Assembly: GCA_965153355.1 (NCBI GenBank)
Contig: OZ231126.1
Location: forward strand, 13,330,001-13,394,000
Reading direction: 5' to 3'
Source: Flaccisagitta enflata
Lineage: Eukaryota
Length of the DNA stretch: 64,000 nt
Positions 45,001 through 57,034 of this stretch are shown here, in pieces. Below the pieces are notes generated by a model. It had not been told where the DNA came from and searched no databases. It saw only the letters and a program-made list of their open reading frames with translations. How positions within the stretch are numbered: position 1 is the first letter of the stretch; each line of letters starts with the position of its first letter. Both the position numbers and the translations under genes were made by a program.

Positions 45001-46185
45001 AAAATGTCAATATTCAAAACAGCTATCTGTAGGGATAGATTTTTTTTCTCGGTATTTCAATACAGGTTCATGAACTTCACTTGGCGTGAATTTACATTTC
45101 ACATTAAACAAGATCTTATGTTAATGACACAAATTTTAAGAATTAGGGTAAGAACTCGCTATAATAGTAAAACCTGGTTCTTTAGAGAGTAACCCATTTA
45201 GTGAGGCGCTCAAGAGACAACTGTTGAATGGGGAGAATAGAGCAAGGGTGAGGGGGGGGTGGGGGGCGGGGCAAGAAACGTGATTAATGGTGGACGTTTT
45301 TGTTGCTCCCAATTGCAATTTTCAAGATGAGACTTAAGAAATCGCTCTCTCTCTCTCTCTCTCTCGTCGTAGCCGCTCATGCAATAAACGCCCAGACCTT
45401 ATTAATTGATATTAATTTCCGCTGTCGTCTTATTTACAAATAGATGTAACTTTCCAACTGGAGAGAGAGATAAATCCTTTGAATCAGATATATCTCGCTA
45501 TTTCTTTTTCAATCTGTTTCCTCTCTGATCTTGATCTATTCTTTTTTCATCGGCGAAGTTGCAATGAGCTAAATTTGTGATTCCTGTATCTCTGAATTAA
45601 TTGATTTCTTGCTTTTAACATTCGTTTTCCTTCCTTTGTTTTTGTACCTGTTTTTAATCCTGCTTTTTTGTTAACGTCTTATCTTCTCTCCTCTTTCTTT
45701 TCCTTTCTCTTTCTCTTTCTCATTTTTTCTTTTTCTCTTTCTTTTACTTTTCCTTTTCTCTAATATCTTCTTCTCTCTCTCTCTCTTCTTCTCTTCTTCT
45801 CTTCTTCTATCTTCTCTTCTTCTCTCTTCTCTTCTTCTCTCTTCTCTCTTCTCCTTTCCAATATCTTTTCTGTCTTCTTCTTCTTCTTCTTCTTCTTCTT
45901 CTTCTTCTTCTTCTTCTTCTTCTTCTTCTTCTCCTTCTTTGGCGCTAACGAGAGACGCTTCGCTTTGAGAGACACTCCCACCTTTCGCCTCCTTTCCCTC
46001 TTCCTCCCCTTCCTCTTCTACCGCTTCCTTCTCCTCTTCTTCTTCTCCTCTTCTCCTTCTTCCTCCTCCTCTTCCTCCTCCTCCGCCTCCACCTTTTGTG
46101 TCCCTTCAGTTCATTTTTCTCTCCAGTTCATGATTTATGACACCTATTATTCTTTTCATTATGAAGTGGCGCTGTATGTAGATGG

Positions 46186-46297
<112 letters not shown>

Positions 46298-46593
46298 AAT
46301 TTCAATTTGACTGTTGTCAGTTAAGTTTTTAACAGTTAAGCGATTGCATCGATCGATTATATGAATTCTAGAAGTGTCAAACAATTCATATGAAAGTTTT
46401 TAAAATAATTAAGTTTGTTTTATCTATTCTATTTTTCTGCCAAACGAAAATCTATTCTATTCTTCGGTCCAACGAAAAAAAAAATCCAGCATGGAGACTT
46501 TAGTTTTTGTGTTGTAATTTTTACCCCAACACTGTCATTGAGATAATTAGTCTGTAATTTTCGAGAAAATGATTAAGGAAATGATGTTTTTTG

Positions 46594-46677
<84 letters not shown>

Positions 46678-46967
46678 CGACAGACAGACAGACAGACAGA
46701 CCGACAGAAAAAGAAGGACTGACACACAGAGAGACAGAGAGACCGACAGGCAGATAGACAGGCAAACACCGACTGACGGACAGACAGACAGCAAAAGCGA
46801 ACGTTAACTTGACTCCGACTCATGCCCCTTTCAGTAAGGGAATACTTTCTAGTAAAGGAATACCTTTATGTAAGGGAATCCCTTTCAGTAAAGGAATGAT
46901 GCGACGAATAAAGTTTTCCCTCTTTTATTTGGTTGCGTTAACGGGATAATCGTCCTCTCACGCGTGT

Positions 46968-47068
<101 letters not shown>

Positions 47069-47110
47069 GGCAAAGATACGCACGGACGACACGTTTACGT
47101 TCAACGGAAT

Positions 47111-47216
<106 letters not shown>

Positions 47217-47220
47217 CACA

Positions 47221-47376
<156 letters not shown>

Positions 47377-48814
47377 AGAAAACACACACATTCACACTCA
47401 CATCAACATTCTCTTTAATTTGTCTGGTTTGTTCTGTACACACTCGTTATTACTGACATGAAGGATGATCATAGCTAAAGGCGGCACATAAGAACGTGAG
47501 CTTGTGTGTGTGTGTGTTTGTGCGCATTTCCGCTTGCACGTTTATTTGTGAGCGTGCGCGCGTTTGCGTGCGCACATGTGGTGAAAACATTCAGTGAACC
47601 TCATTACCACATTTCAGTGCGGACGGAGGAAGCAGTCAATGGCGATGGCGGCGGCGGCGGCAGAGGAGGCGAGGCTGGTGGAAGTCGTGGTGGTGGCAGC
47701 GGCGAGGAGGAGGAAGAGGTGGAGGAGGAGGCGGAGGAGGTGTCGGAAGAGGCAAGCGTGGCGCCGTCACGAGGGCTGGAAAGAATTTATGAGACCAAAA
47801 CAAATGAACACCACCGCCACACTTGAAAGCCAGTGTGAGAAGGAAGAAGAGGAGGAGGAGGAAGAAGAGAGGGAAGAAGAGAAGGAGGAGGAAGGAGAGG
47901 AAGAAAAGAGAGAAGAGAAAGATGAGAAAGAAGGGAAAGAAGAGAGTAGGAGATCATTGACAGCTCAAAGTATTGTAAAGGGAGTTGGGGTTGTCGAAAG
48001 ATGGTGAGAAAAGGGCATTCAAGAATCAAAAGAGTACAGAAAATATGAATGAATGATTTGATAAATGAAAGATTTTTTGAATACACGGGTTTTAATGTTT
48101 ACAAGAAATGAGTGAATGATTGAACAACTGGGTCGTTATTAAAACTTCCTCACAAGACGTAGTGCCTTATTATGATGCCAAACTTCATAATCGCGGTTCG
48201 GTTTGTTTTCAAAAGTGGTCTTCTTTTTTGCCCGTTTGTCTATCCCGCTCAGTGCCTCTGCCTCTTTCTCTGTCTATCCTTACCTCTCTATTCTGTCACT
48301 TGTTTTGCTGTCGTCCTTTTCAGGTGTGTGTCTCTGTCGCCGTCTGTCCCCGTCACTGTCTCTGTCTCCGTCTCTGTCTCTGTCTCACCACGCCGTCCAT
48401 TCGATGTCTCTTTCCCTGCCGTAGGAATTTTTCTCAATTTAACAACGTAACGCGTTTCCGCTCTCAGAGCTCTTGACAAAAGAATATCACAGCGAGAAAG
48501 AAGAGAAAAAAGGACGATAGAAAAAAAAAGAAACATGTGCAAAGGAAATGTTACTGAACCAGAAGGAGAGAAAGAAAAAAAAGGAGAAGGAAACAAAGAA
48601 AGCATGAGAAAAAAAAAGAAAGGCAAAAAAAAAAAAAAAAAGAAAAAAAAAAGAAAAGGGTAAAAAGGAAAAAAATCACGAGGGGGAGAAAACTCATCAA
48701 AAGGAAGGAAAGAAAATGAGGAAGGAGGAAAAGATGACAGAACAGGGAAAATGAGTTCATCATATAATGAATGAACTTGGAAAAGGCTTGATTACCATAA
48801 TGATGTCATTAAAA

Positions 48815-48917
<103 letters not shown>

Positions 48918-49361
48918 TAAAAAGAGAAAACATGGGAGGGAGCGAGGAAACTATAGACTGAAAAGCAGCGATAGAATGAAATCAAATGACTGATTAGATG
49001 GTTGATACGTATCCATTGAAGTCCTGAGATATGTTGCACATGGAACGTTTCATGTCCACAAAGTCAAGGATTCGCATTCATCGGAAATAATGGAGCTCAT
49101 TTTGTCACTTTTTTATACAGAAATCATGCTTTCGCAAATGAAACATTTCAATATCAATTTCCTCTTTCTTGTGCCCATCCTCAACATATTCAATGAGACG
49201 CCCTTTCCACAACTACAACCTCTGAATGGCGCTGGCGCTCTATTTTGAATGCGCTTGCCATCCCGAATCTTTTTTGAAACCATATGTGTTCTCCCCCCCC
49301 TTTTTTTTTCCTTTCACAGACGAATCTTTGAAATAACCATATGTTTTATCTCCTTTCACAG

Positions 49362-49463
49362 ACGAATGTTCCCGACCTTGAGGGTGTCTTTCTCTGGAAT
49401 CGACTTTGACCAAAAGTACATCGTTTTCATGGACATCGTTCCCGTCGATAACAAAAGATACAG
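49362..49463 (+). CDS. Tbx20: T-box transcription factor Tbx20/H15/midline-type, internal coding exon (R)[33 protein letters not shown](R)
   Basis: Acceptor ttcacAG ends at 49361 and donor GTacat starts at 49464. The exon is 102 nt, phase 2 to phase 2. RMFP...[11 protein letters not shown] is a classic T-box segment. Confidence 0.93.
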
Positions 49464-49569
49464 GTACATAGTTTTTTTTTTACAGGTACATAGTTCTCTA
49501 TGAATGTTTTTTTTTCTAATGTCCTCTGCCACTCAGATACGCAAAGAACCATAGCCTTTGAGGTACTGA

Positions 49570-49815
49570 TGTCCAACTCGATGATGTCTTTTGTTTTACT
49601 AACTTTCTAAGCGGGTTATTATTTAGGGTTAGGGGTAGGGTTAGAGTTAGGGTTAGGGCTCGGGGTGGTTTTAGGGTTAGGGTTAGCGTCAGGACTAGCG
49701 TTGGGGGCTAGGTGAGAGCTGGGTTAAACACATTTCAACTCAAATCTACTCGAATTAAAGCTTCGCCCAAACGGGGAAACCCGATAAAAACAAAAGATCA
49801 GTATCGTCTCGGACA
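49570..49815. mobile_element. MITE-like intronic element with a degenerate TTAGGG core; related copy at about 50140-50350
   Basis: Imperfect TIRs TGTCC..GAT..GTCTTTTGTTTT and AAAACAAAAGATC..ATC..GGACA. Both introns share ATTAAAGCTTCGCCCAA and GTTAGG runs. Confidence 0.55.
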
Positions 49816-49884
49816 TTTCTTCCAGTTTTTGATTGGCCGCTCGCACCATCTTAACTCATACCGTCTTTATCCTCATTAACTCAG

Positions 49885-50056
49885 ATACGCGTATCACCGC
49901 AGTTCGTGGTTGGTAGCCGGTAAAGCTGACCCTCCTCTGCCAACGCGTCTTTACATGCACCCGGACTCGCCCTTCAGCGGGGAACAGCTCAAGAAACAAA
50001 TGGTCTCTTTCGAAAAACTCAAACTCACCAACAATGAAATGGACAAGCATGGACAC
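49885..50056 (+). CDS. Tbx20: Tbx20-type exon [57 protein letters not shown]
   Basis: Acceptor actcAG ends at 49884 and donor GTgagt starts at 50057. The exon is 172 nt and keeps frame with the previous exon. [17 protein letters not shown] is typical of Tbx20/H15/mid. Confidence 0.95.
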
Positions 50057-50424
50057 GTGAGTTTATTGAAACCCTCTTCAGTGGATGATTGTGATCGAAA
50101 CTAAGAGACTCTTGGCAATTAATAAAGCAATAGGTATTCTCCGAAGAATATTTGACGTCTTTTGTTTTCAAGTCTTATTTTATGCTCCCTTTTATCAGGG
50201 TTAGGGATGAGGTTAGGGTTTGGGATGGGCAAGATGATGGTGTTAGGGTTTGGGTTAGGGATAGGGCTAGCTAGGGGAGGATTGGGTTTCATCCATTACT
50301 GCCGGAATACACTAATATTAAAGCTTCGCCCAAGCGGGATATTCGAAAAAAAATTTCTTCTTATGGTTTCCTTAGTTTTTGTTAACCCTTTCAATTCAAA
50401 TGATATATCCACATTATTCAACAG

Positions 50425-50643
50425 ATCATCCTAAACAGTATGCACAAATACCAGCCTCGAATTCACATCGCCAAAAAACGGGATCAGAATCACGCTTCAA
50501 ATGGCGGAAGCGGAAGCGGAAGCGGAAGCGGTGGCGCCAACGGAGCGCCGCTCGTCGATGTCGTAGAACTCGGAAGCGACTTCAAGACTTTCGTCTTTCC
50601 GGAAACAATCTTCATCGCTGTCACTGCCTATCAAAACCAACTG
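50425..50643 (+). CDS. Tbx20: Tbx20-type exon [18 protein letters not shown]...(GS-rich loop)...[21 protein letters not shown]
   Basis: Acceptor caacAG ends at 50424 and donor GTgagt starts at 50644. The exon is 219 nt, phase 0 to phase 0, and carries the T-box motifs [10 protein letters not shown] and [13 protein letters not shown]. Confidence 0.95.
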
Positions 50644-51058
50644 GTGAGTACCAAAACATGGGTATGGACGAGTATGAACCTTATCAATCGTTATTATTGA
50701 CTAACCAGTAACCGTCGACTAATGTCTTTTCTTGCATTTTCCCTCAGTCTCATCTCATATAAGATACTGTCTTTGTCATCAGCTGCTTCCTCCATCTTTT
50801 CTTGGACCCGTTTTCTTCTTTCTTTAAATTCTCTCTCATTTTCTGTGTCTGACACTCGTAATTAGATAAAGGGAGGCGTTTGACCAATTCATTCAATTGT
50901 GTTGTCTGGCCTTTCAACTGAACGTTGGTTCCGAAATCCGAATTACTCCGCAAATCTGTATTCATTTTCTCTTTAATTATGAATTACCCCGTCAGACTTT
51001 ATTCATTTTACTCCTTTGATTTGAATTGCTACATTCTCAACTGTTATTGCTGGAAGCT

Positions 51059-51091
<33 letters not shown>

Positions 51092-51214
51092 ATATCTCTC
51101 TCTCTCTCTCTCTCTCTCTCTTCCTTTCCTTTTGCCATGGTCGTTAACGAGGTTTTAGATGCGGATCATTTTGTCTGATCATTTTGGTTCGTCTTGAGGG
51201 AAAATCGTTACCAC

Positions 51215-51415
51215 TTTTAGTTGCGGACTCGCGTCTCTAAAAGAGGCTTGATCCGTCCGTCTGTCTGGCTGTAATGATTGAATCGAGACGAGAATAGAAA
51301 CGCGTATTATTGCCTCTGCATGTGAGTGTGTGTAGAAAGGAGGTGCGGAGGTGGGGTATTGTACGACCCTGCCCACCCGTTCGCGAAGATATTGAGACCC
51401 CGCGTTACATGGTTT
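51215..51415 (+). mobile_element. HINE-like element, diverged
   Basis: TTTTAGTTGCGGACTCGCGTCTCTA start, GTCC core, and CCCTGCCCACCCG motif shared with 63145-63156 and 52146-52200. Confidence 0.5.
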
Positions 51416-51958
51416 CTTATTTCCCCCATTTTCTTCCCATTTTCTTACCATTTCCTTCTCATTTTCCTCTCATTTTCTTTCCTCTTTTTTCTCCATTTCT
51501 CGGCTTTTCAGCGTCAATCAACGGGAAGTGGGGAAGTGGGGAAATGGTAAAGGAAGAGAAAGAGGAAAATGAGTAAAAAGATGAAAATGAATAAAAAGAT
51601 GAAAATGAATAAAAAGATGATGAGGAGAAAGAGAGAAAGCCGGAAGGTAGAGGAAGTAGAAAAAAATGAGTCTGAAGATGAAATGGGACAGTGAAACACG
51701 TTGACGAAAGCAGTCACTACTCACGACCCAATCGTCTTTCTTCTTCAAACATTCTGTCTATCCTTTACTTCATTCCCTCTTTTTTTCTTTGAGTCGCCAT
51801 TGTGCCATTTTTGTGCCATTTTTGCGCCGAAAAATGAATTTCTTTTTGCCAACTTTGACAATAGGAATTAACTTTTTCCTCTCTCTCTCTCTTTTCACCC
51901 TCTCTCCTTTTTTGGTTCCTTTATTCTGTAGCCTGGAATCAGTCTCTCTCTTTTTTCT

Positions 51959-52367
51959 TTTTTGCCATTTCATCCTCTTTGCCCTTTACTGCCGAAATGC
52001 TTTATTTCCTCAAAGAAGTTTCTTATGCACAGTTTGGGCCATTGTGAAAGTTTATGGGGTGGGTGGGTGCGTGTGTGTGTGTGCGTGCGTGCGTGTGTTT
52101 GTTTTGTTTGTGTGTGTTTGTGTGTGTGCCCACCTAAAATACAGCCCCTGCCCAATAACTGACTGCCCCTGCCCCTCAGTATACTGCCCCTGCCCACCTG
52201 CCAGCGACTGCTTATTGGCCGCGTATCCGGCCTTGTTTCTTTTTTTTTTGCCATTTCATCCTCTTTGCCCTTTACTGCCGAAATGCTTTATTTCCTCAAA
52301 GAAGTTTCTTGTGCACAGTTTGGGCCATTGTGAAAGTTTATGGGGTGGGTGCGTGCGTGCGTGTGTG

Positions 52368-52420
<53 letters not shown>
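51959..52420. repeat. Direct duplication of about 105 bp of unique sequence plus a GT tract, period 286 bp
   Basis: GCCATTTCATCCTCTTTGCCC...GTTTATGGGGTGGGTG at 51964 and 52250, one mismatch. Confidence 0.9.
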
Positions 52421-52872
52421 CATTCTGCGTATTTGTCTTTTCATCATCGATTTTATTTGTTTGTTTGTCTCCTTTTTCGGCCGTTTGTTTGTTTGCTTGT
52501 TTTCCGTTTAATTGTTTATTTGTTTGTATTTGTCAATTTGTGCGCTAGTTGTTGTTGTTGTTGTTGTTGTTGTTTTTTGTTTGTTTTTCTTTGTTTAATT
52601 GGAGGTGTGTCTAAGATTGTTTCCCTTCCCTAATTTTTGTTGCTTTGGATTCTTTTTTGTCAATTTTTGTCTCTACTTTTTTTTTCTTTTCTTTTTTTTT
52701 TGCTTTCTTTGCAATTTTGCGAAAATTGGGCTGTCGGCAGAATCAGAGGCAGAGACTCTCGGAAAGATTCCATCCATGATTTGTTGTCGTTAAATTATCT
52801 TCTGTATCTATCTTTCTGTCTGTATGCTTTTCTGTCTGTCTCTCTGTCTGTCTGTCTCTTTGTCTGTCTCTT

Positions 52873-52955
<83 letters not shown>

Positions 52956-53084
52956 GTTGTACTAATCTGGGCGTCAATCTCAGCCGTGAGCTCTCTTCAA
53001 CTTGAATCCATTAATCATCATCATAAACGCTGACTTTTGTTCATGGGATGACAGAGAGTGCTTCATGCTCTTGCCGCCAAACGT

Positions 53085-53620
53085 CACTGCCACAACATGA
53101 CACTTCCTCTTACTCATCCTTTTGTCTGCACATCTCTTTCATTCTTTTGTCTGTATCATCACAACATGACAACTGCTCTTACATATCCATTTGTCCGTAC
53201 ATCTCTTTCATCCTTTTGTCTGCATTACCACAACATGGCACTTGCTCTTATTCGTTCGGTTGTCTGCACATCTCTTTCATTCTTTTGTCTGCATAATCAC
53301 AACATGATACTTGCTTTTACGTATCCTTTTGTCTGCTCATCATTTTCATTCGTCTGCATTTCCACAACATGACACTAGCTCTTATTTTTCCGTTTGTCTG
53401 CACATCTCTTTTTTCCTTGCATTACCACATTTTGTCACTTTCTCTTATCCTTAGGGATTTTCTTTTCATCTTGTGTTTATTGCTTAAACATGAGTTTCTT
53501 TCACTTACCTTTTTGTCTGTACTTCCATAACATAAGACTTTTTTCATTCTTTTTGTCTGTATTGCCACTAGCAAAACATGCCTCTCACTTCCTCTCACTC
53601 ATCCCTTGTCTGCACTGTAT
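53085..53620. repeat. 69-bp minisatellite
   Basis: CACAACATG at 53091, 53160, 53229 and 53298, then decaying copies. Confidence 0.88.
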
Positions 53621-55208
53621 GGTTAAGTGTGTAACATTAAGATTATGTGTGTATCATCATATATGATGGTGGGGCATAATTGTTCATGTCTTAAAATGTT
53701 TGGTAGCGTCATGTTGAATGTGGTACAATGATTGGTTACATCAAAGTAGGGGACGATTGTTGATGTGGTACAAAAGTTGCTATCTTCAAAGTAGGGGATG
53801 ATTGTTGATGCTGTGGTAAATTTCTGTTTGTTGATATTCATCTCTCTTCTCTTTGGTCGGCTGTCCTCGGTTCCAGATTGAAGCCTTCGATAACAACAGA
53901 GTTCAGATCCTCCTTCAAGAATCGCAAAATCCAAATTCGGAAACCAATACTCAGCCAAATGTAATATGATTTAGTCTGATTTCACAAGTTATCGTCATGG
54001 AAAATTTAAACTTGGATAGTAGATGGGACAATAAAACTTTTTTTTCGTCCAAGAAAGAATGGCATCGGTGAAAAGTTTACTTTTTATGTCTAGTTTTAGA
54101 TAAAAAAAAGTTTGTGCCCTTTTTCCCAAATCTCCCTTCCCAGGAGCCCAAATAGTGAACCCCCCTTTTAGGGGGTTTGAGCCACCACCAGAAAAAGGCC
54201 AAATTCATGCTTTTTCACCTTGTTATTTTTATATCTTCTTTTTGGATTGATATAAAACCTTAAGATTGGTCTTGTTTGAAGGATATTTAGTAGTAGTATA
54301 TGTTATAATAAGAAATAGATGACAGTGGTCCCCAGGGGTCCCTCCAGGGGCCCCCAAATGGCCCCTAAAGGGGGAAAAATCAGAAAATCACCTATATAAT
54401 GAGCTTTTTTTTGCTTTTTCTCTTTCGAGATGTTAGAGATTTGTATTTTATGTAAATATACCCTCAACTAGTGATGGGGTGCACAAACAAAGCTTGGGAC
54501 CCCTCAGGGGGGCTCATTTGGGGGCCACAAAATAGGTAAAATGGCCAAAAATGACCAAAACTTGACATTTTTGAATTTTTTCAAAAATCTAAGCAAATCC
54601 AGGGCCGAAGAATCTGTTCAGACACTGTCATATAGTGCAGGAGAGCTACAAGTTAACAAAGGTTATGGCTTAAGACCCTTGAGGGGCCTTTCTGAAGGGC
54701 GCAAAGAACCCGAAATGGCAAAAATTATCAAAATCTTGAGTTTTTCTACATTTATTTGCTTCAAAGCTGATAGACGCGTTTATAACATCTGCACATTGTT
54801 AATAAAGTCATCCTTCCATTCATTCATTCACCCGGTCTTCCAGTTGTTGGTTTATTCATTCATTCATCCATTCATTCATTCGTTCACTTATACATTCAAT
54901 GTTTCACTGATTGATGAAAAATTGGCTGTTGCTCACACTTATAATCTCAGACTTGCAACTGGCACTGAACAAAAATTTGATACAGCTTTACAGTTTAACA
55001 GCTTTTTTTTTTGTTTTTTTTTATTTTTTTTTGTTTTGTTTTTGTTTTTTGTTTTTTTTTTTTGTTTTTTTTGTTTCTTTTTTTAACAATCTAACAGCAT
55101 AACCAAAAGGGAATAAAGGGACAAAAAAAAAAAAAAGAATGGGACGGAATGAAAAAGAAGTTAGGCGAGGATCAAACCCGTTCACTCAGCACTAACTTAA
55201 TTGGATGC

Positions 55209-55716
55209 CTACTCCAGTGCCTTGAAAAAGGATGCCTTCGTGTGACACCGACCAGAGTCCATTCTAGATAACAGCTTCTGTCTTATTAAGCCATCACGAG
55301 CTTCTTCCCCAATGACTGCTGATGCTCCCTCGCTTACTACCTTTATTCCACGTTCAACTGCTTGAGTGTGGCAAGGATATCGGAGCAGCTTGAGAGGGGT
55401 GAGAATGAAACCTCTTATTTCATCATCAGACAATTTCATCGTGAGTGGAGGCTCCAAAAATTTGGCAGTTTTCCAGTCAAAGAGCTCTGTGTAGTCATTT
55501 GCTTTGAAAATGAATTTGGGGATGACAAATTTTCGAATTGAAGTTGATTTGATCGCCATTTCTTCTTCAAAGCTTAAAGAAAGAAGAGTGAGTGGATCGA
55601 TCTTTTCTTTCTTTGACTTTTTGGACTTTTTCCCTCATCTTTTTTTTTCTTGTCTCTTTCCCACTGACCTGACAGCTGTTTTTTTTTCCTTTTTGATGTT
55701 GTGAACACAGTTAATC
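55209..55716 (-). pseudogene. C-terminal remnant of a hAT (hATm-like) DDE transposase
   Basis: ORF 55209-55559 reads RKFVIPKFIFKANDYTELFDW...EPPLT...YPCHTQAVERGIKVVSE...RDGLIRQ. PCHTQAVER matches the motif I recall around the catalytic Glu of hATm-type transposases. In-frame stop at 55635-55637; interrupted by an insertion at 55717; N-terminal part absent. Confidence 0.75.
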
Positions 55717-56197
55717 AACAGGTCGCCCAAGGGCAATATGTGGTCAGTGATACCCGTTGCCCTGCTTTGCACAATTTTGAATTGGAGTGAGAGAAAGCAG
55801 GGCAGCGGCCCCAAAGGGGTCGAAGTCCTGTACAACACAGGGGGACGTTTGTTCGTTCATTCGTCCATCCATCCATCCGTCTCCTTAGACACTCTCAGAC
55901 CTGAAATCTGCCCTATCAGGCCTGATATCCCCCCTTTCAGGCCTGAAATCTGCCCTCTCAGGCCTGAAATTGGCCCTCTCAAGCCTTGAATCTGCCTGAG
56001 AGGGTATATATAAGGCCTGAGAGTATAGATTGCAAACCTGAGGGCAATTCTTAGGCCTGAGAGGGCAGATTCAAGGCTTGAGAGGGCAGATTTCAGGACA
56101 GAGAAGGCAGAATACAGGCCTGAGAGGGCCTGGGGGGGACGGATGAACAGACGAACGAACGAATGAACAAAAGTCCCCCTGTGTTCTACAGGACTTC
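55717..56197 (+). mobile_element. Family-A element nested in the hAT transposase, right end truncated
   Basis: Same 5' end as the other copies. It stops at CAGGACTTC and lacks the final GTCCCCTTCGGGGCCGCTGCCCAAAA. Confidence 0.78.
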
Positions 56198-56229
56198 CTT
56201 GTCGACATTTTTACCTGAAAGAACGAGCT

Positions 56230-57034
56230 ATGGTCAGAGAATTTTGGTTGGCTGAGAAAGAAGCAGAAGCAAAGAAAAAGGTGGATGCAAAGTGGGGGGA
56301 AGATGAGGAGAAAAGAAAGCTGCCATCAGAAATCAAATTGTTTGATCCAAATAGCCCCCTATTTGATGTGTATTTGGCCATGGAAGAGAACTTTTGCTGC
56401 AAATTTGGTGTTGCACTTGCAATGACACCTCGTCAACAGCCAAAAACTAACTTGATCATGCTGAGTAAAAGGTTGGTTAAGCTGCTTCGATGGGATTTGC
56501 CTGCTTCCGAGATCCCATACAATCTGTATGATGGCTCTGCCTCATTGTGACCAGATACCTAAGAGCTGATGAGTCTGAAATCGAGATGGCCATTTCAGAT
56601 GGAAGCGAGAAACCAAGATTATGTCTCTTCCAGTTAGGCAATGAAGGGAGAGCGCAAGATATATGCACTTGGGACATGGGTTTCCAGTCCTCTCTCCCAC
56701 GGGGAACTGGCCAATTTCAAAAGTGTCAGTCGCATCTTACCCCATTCTTGTTCATGAAACTGCATCGGGTGAAAAAATCAAAGAATCAGGCTTCATTTTA
56801 TCCATGGATCGCTTTGGCGGAGTAAATCATATCAAAGGGTGCCGTGGAGGGAACCAAAATCAGGCAAATCACTTGGTAAAAATTTAAGCAAAAAACTTAG
56901 TTTTGGCCATTTACCTCAATTGGGAATTTTTTGAGAACAGGTTCACCGGCCTTGTTTTTGGTGCCGAAAAATGGATCAATGACGGCTGGGATGGAATAAT
57001 TCCTGAGAGCTTCCCGGAAATGGTGTCAATTTGA
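56230..57034 (+). pseudogene. Degenerate Tpt1/KptA-like gene (RNA 2'-phosphotransferase, ART fold) inside the transposon
   Basis: Joining frames gives, in order: LSKRLVKLLRWDL..DG / EIEMAISDGSEKPRL / ERKIYALG-GHGF / PILVHET..EKIKESGFILSMDRFGGVN / HLVKI*AKNL...WEFFENRFTGLVFG...WDGIIPESF. This is colinear with Tpt1 motifs LSK.LS..LRH, K.RF, IRA.QGHS, HGT..I...GL..M.R..VH and F..S.NGV.L...DG.IP..YF. It needs frameshifts near 56546, 56648 and 56672 and read-through of a stop at 56885-56887. Confidence 0.65.

Noticed and set aside
47506-48007. Gly/Glu-rich ORFs upstream of the first T-box exon
   Set aside because: GGC/GAG low-complexity sequence with no GTEMIITK motif and no suitable phase-2 donor.
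49620-49690. Interstitial telomere or chromosome-fusion relic
   Set aside because: The TTAGGG copies are few and degenerate, and lie inside a small TIR element repeated in the next intron.
53085-53620. CRISPR-like array
   Set aside because: Whole 69-bp units are homologous, with no unique spacers; the context is eukaryotic with no cas genes.
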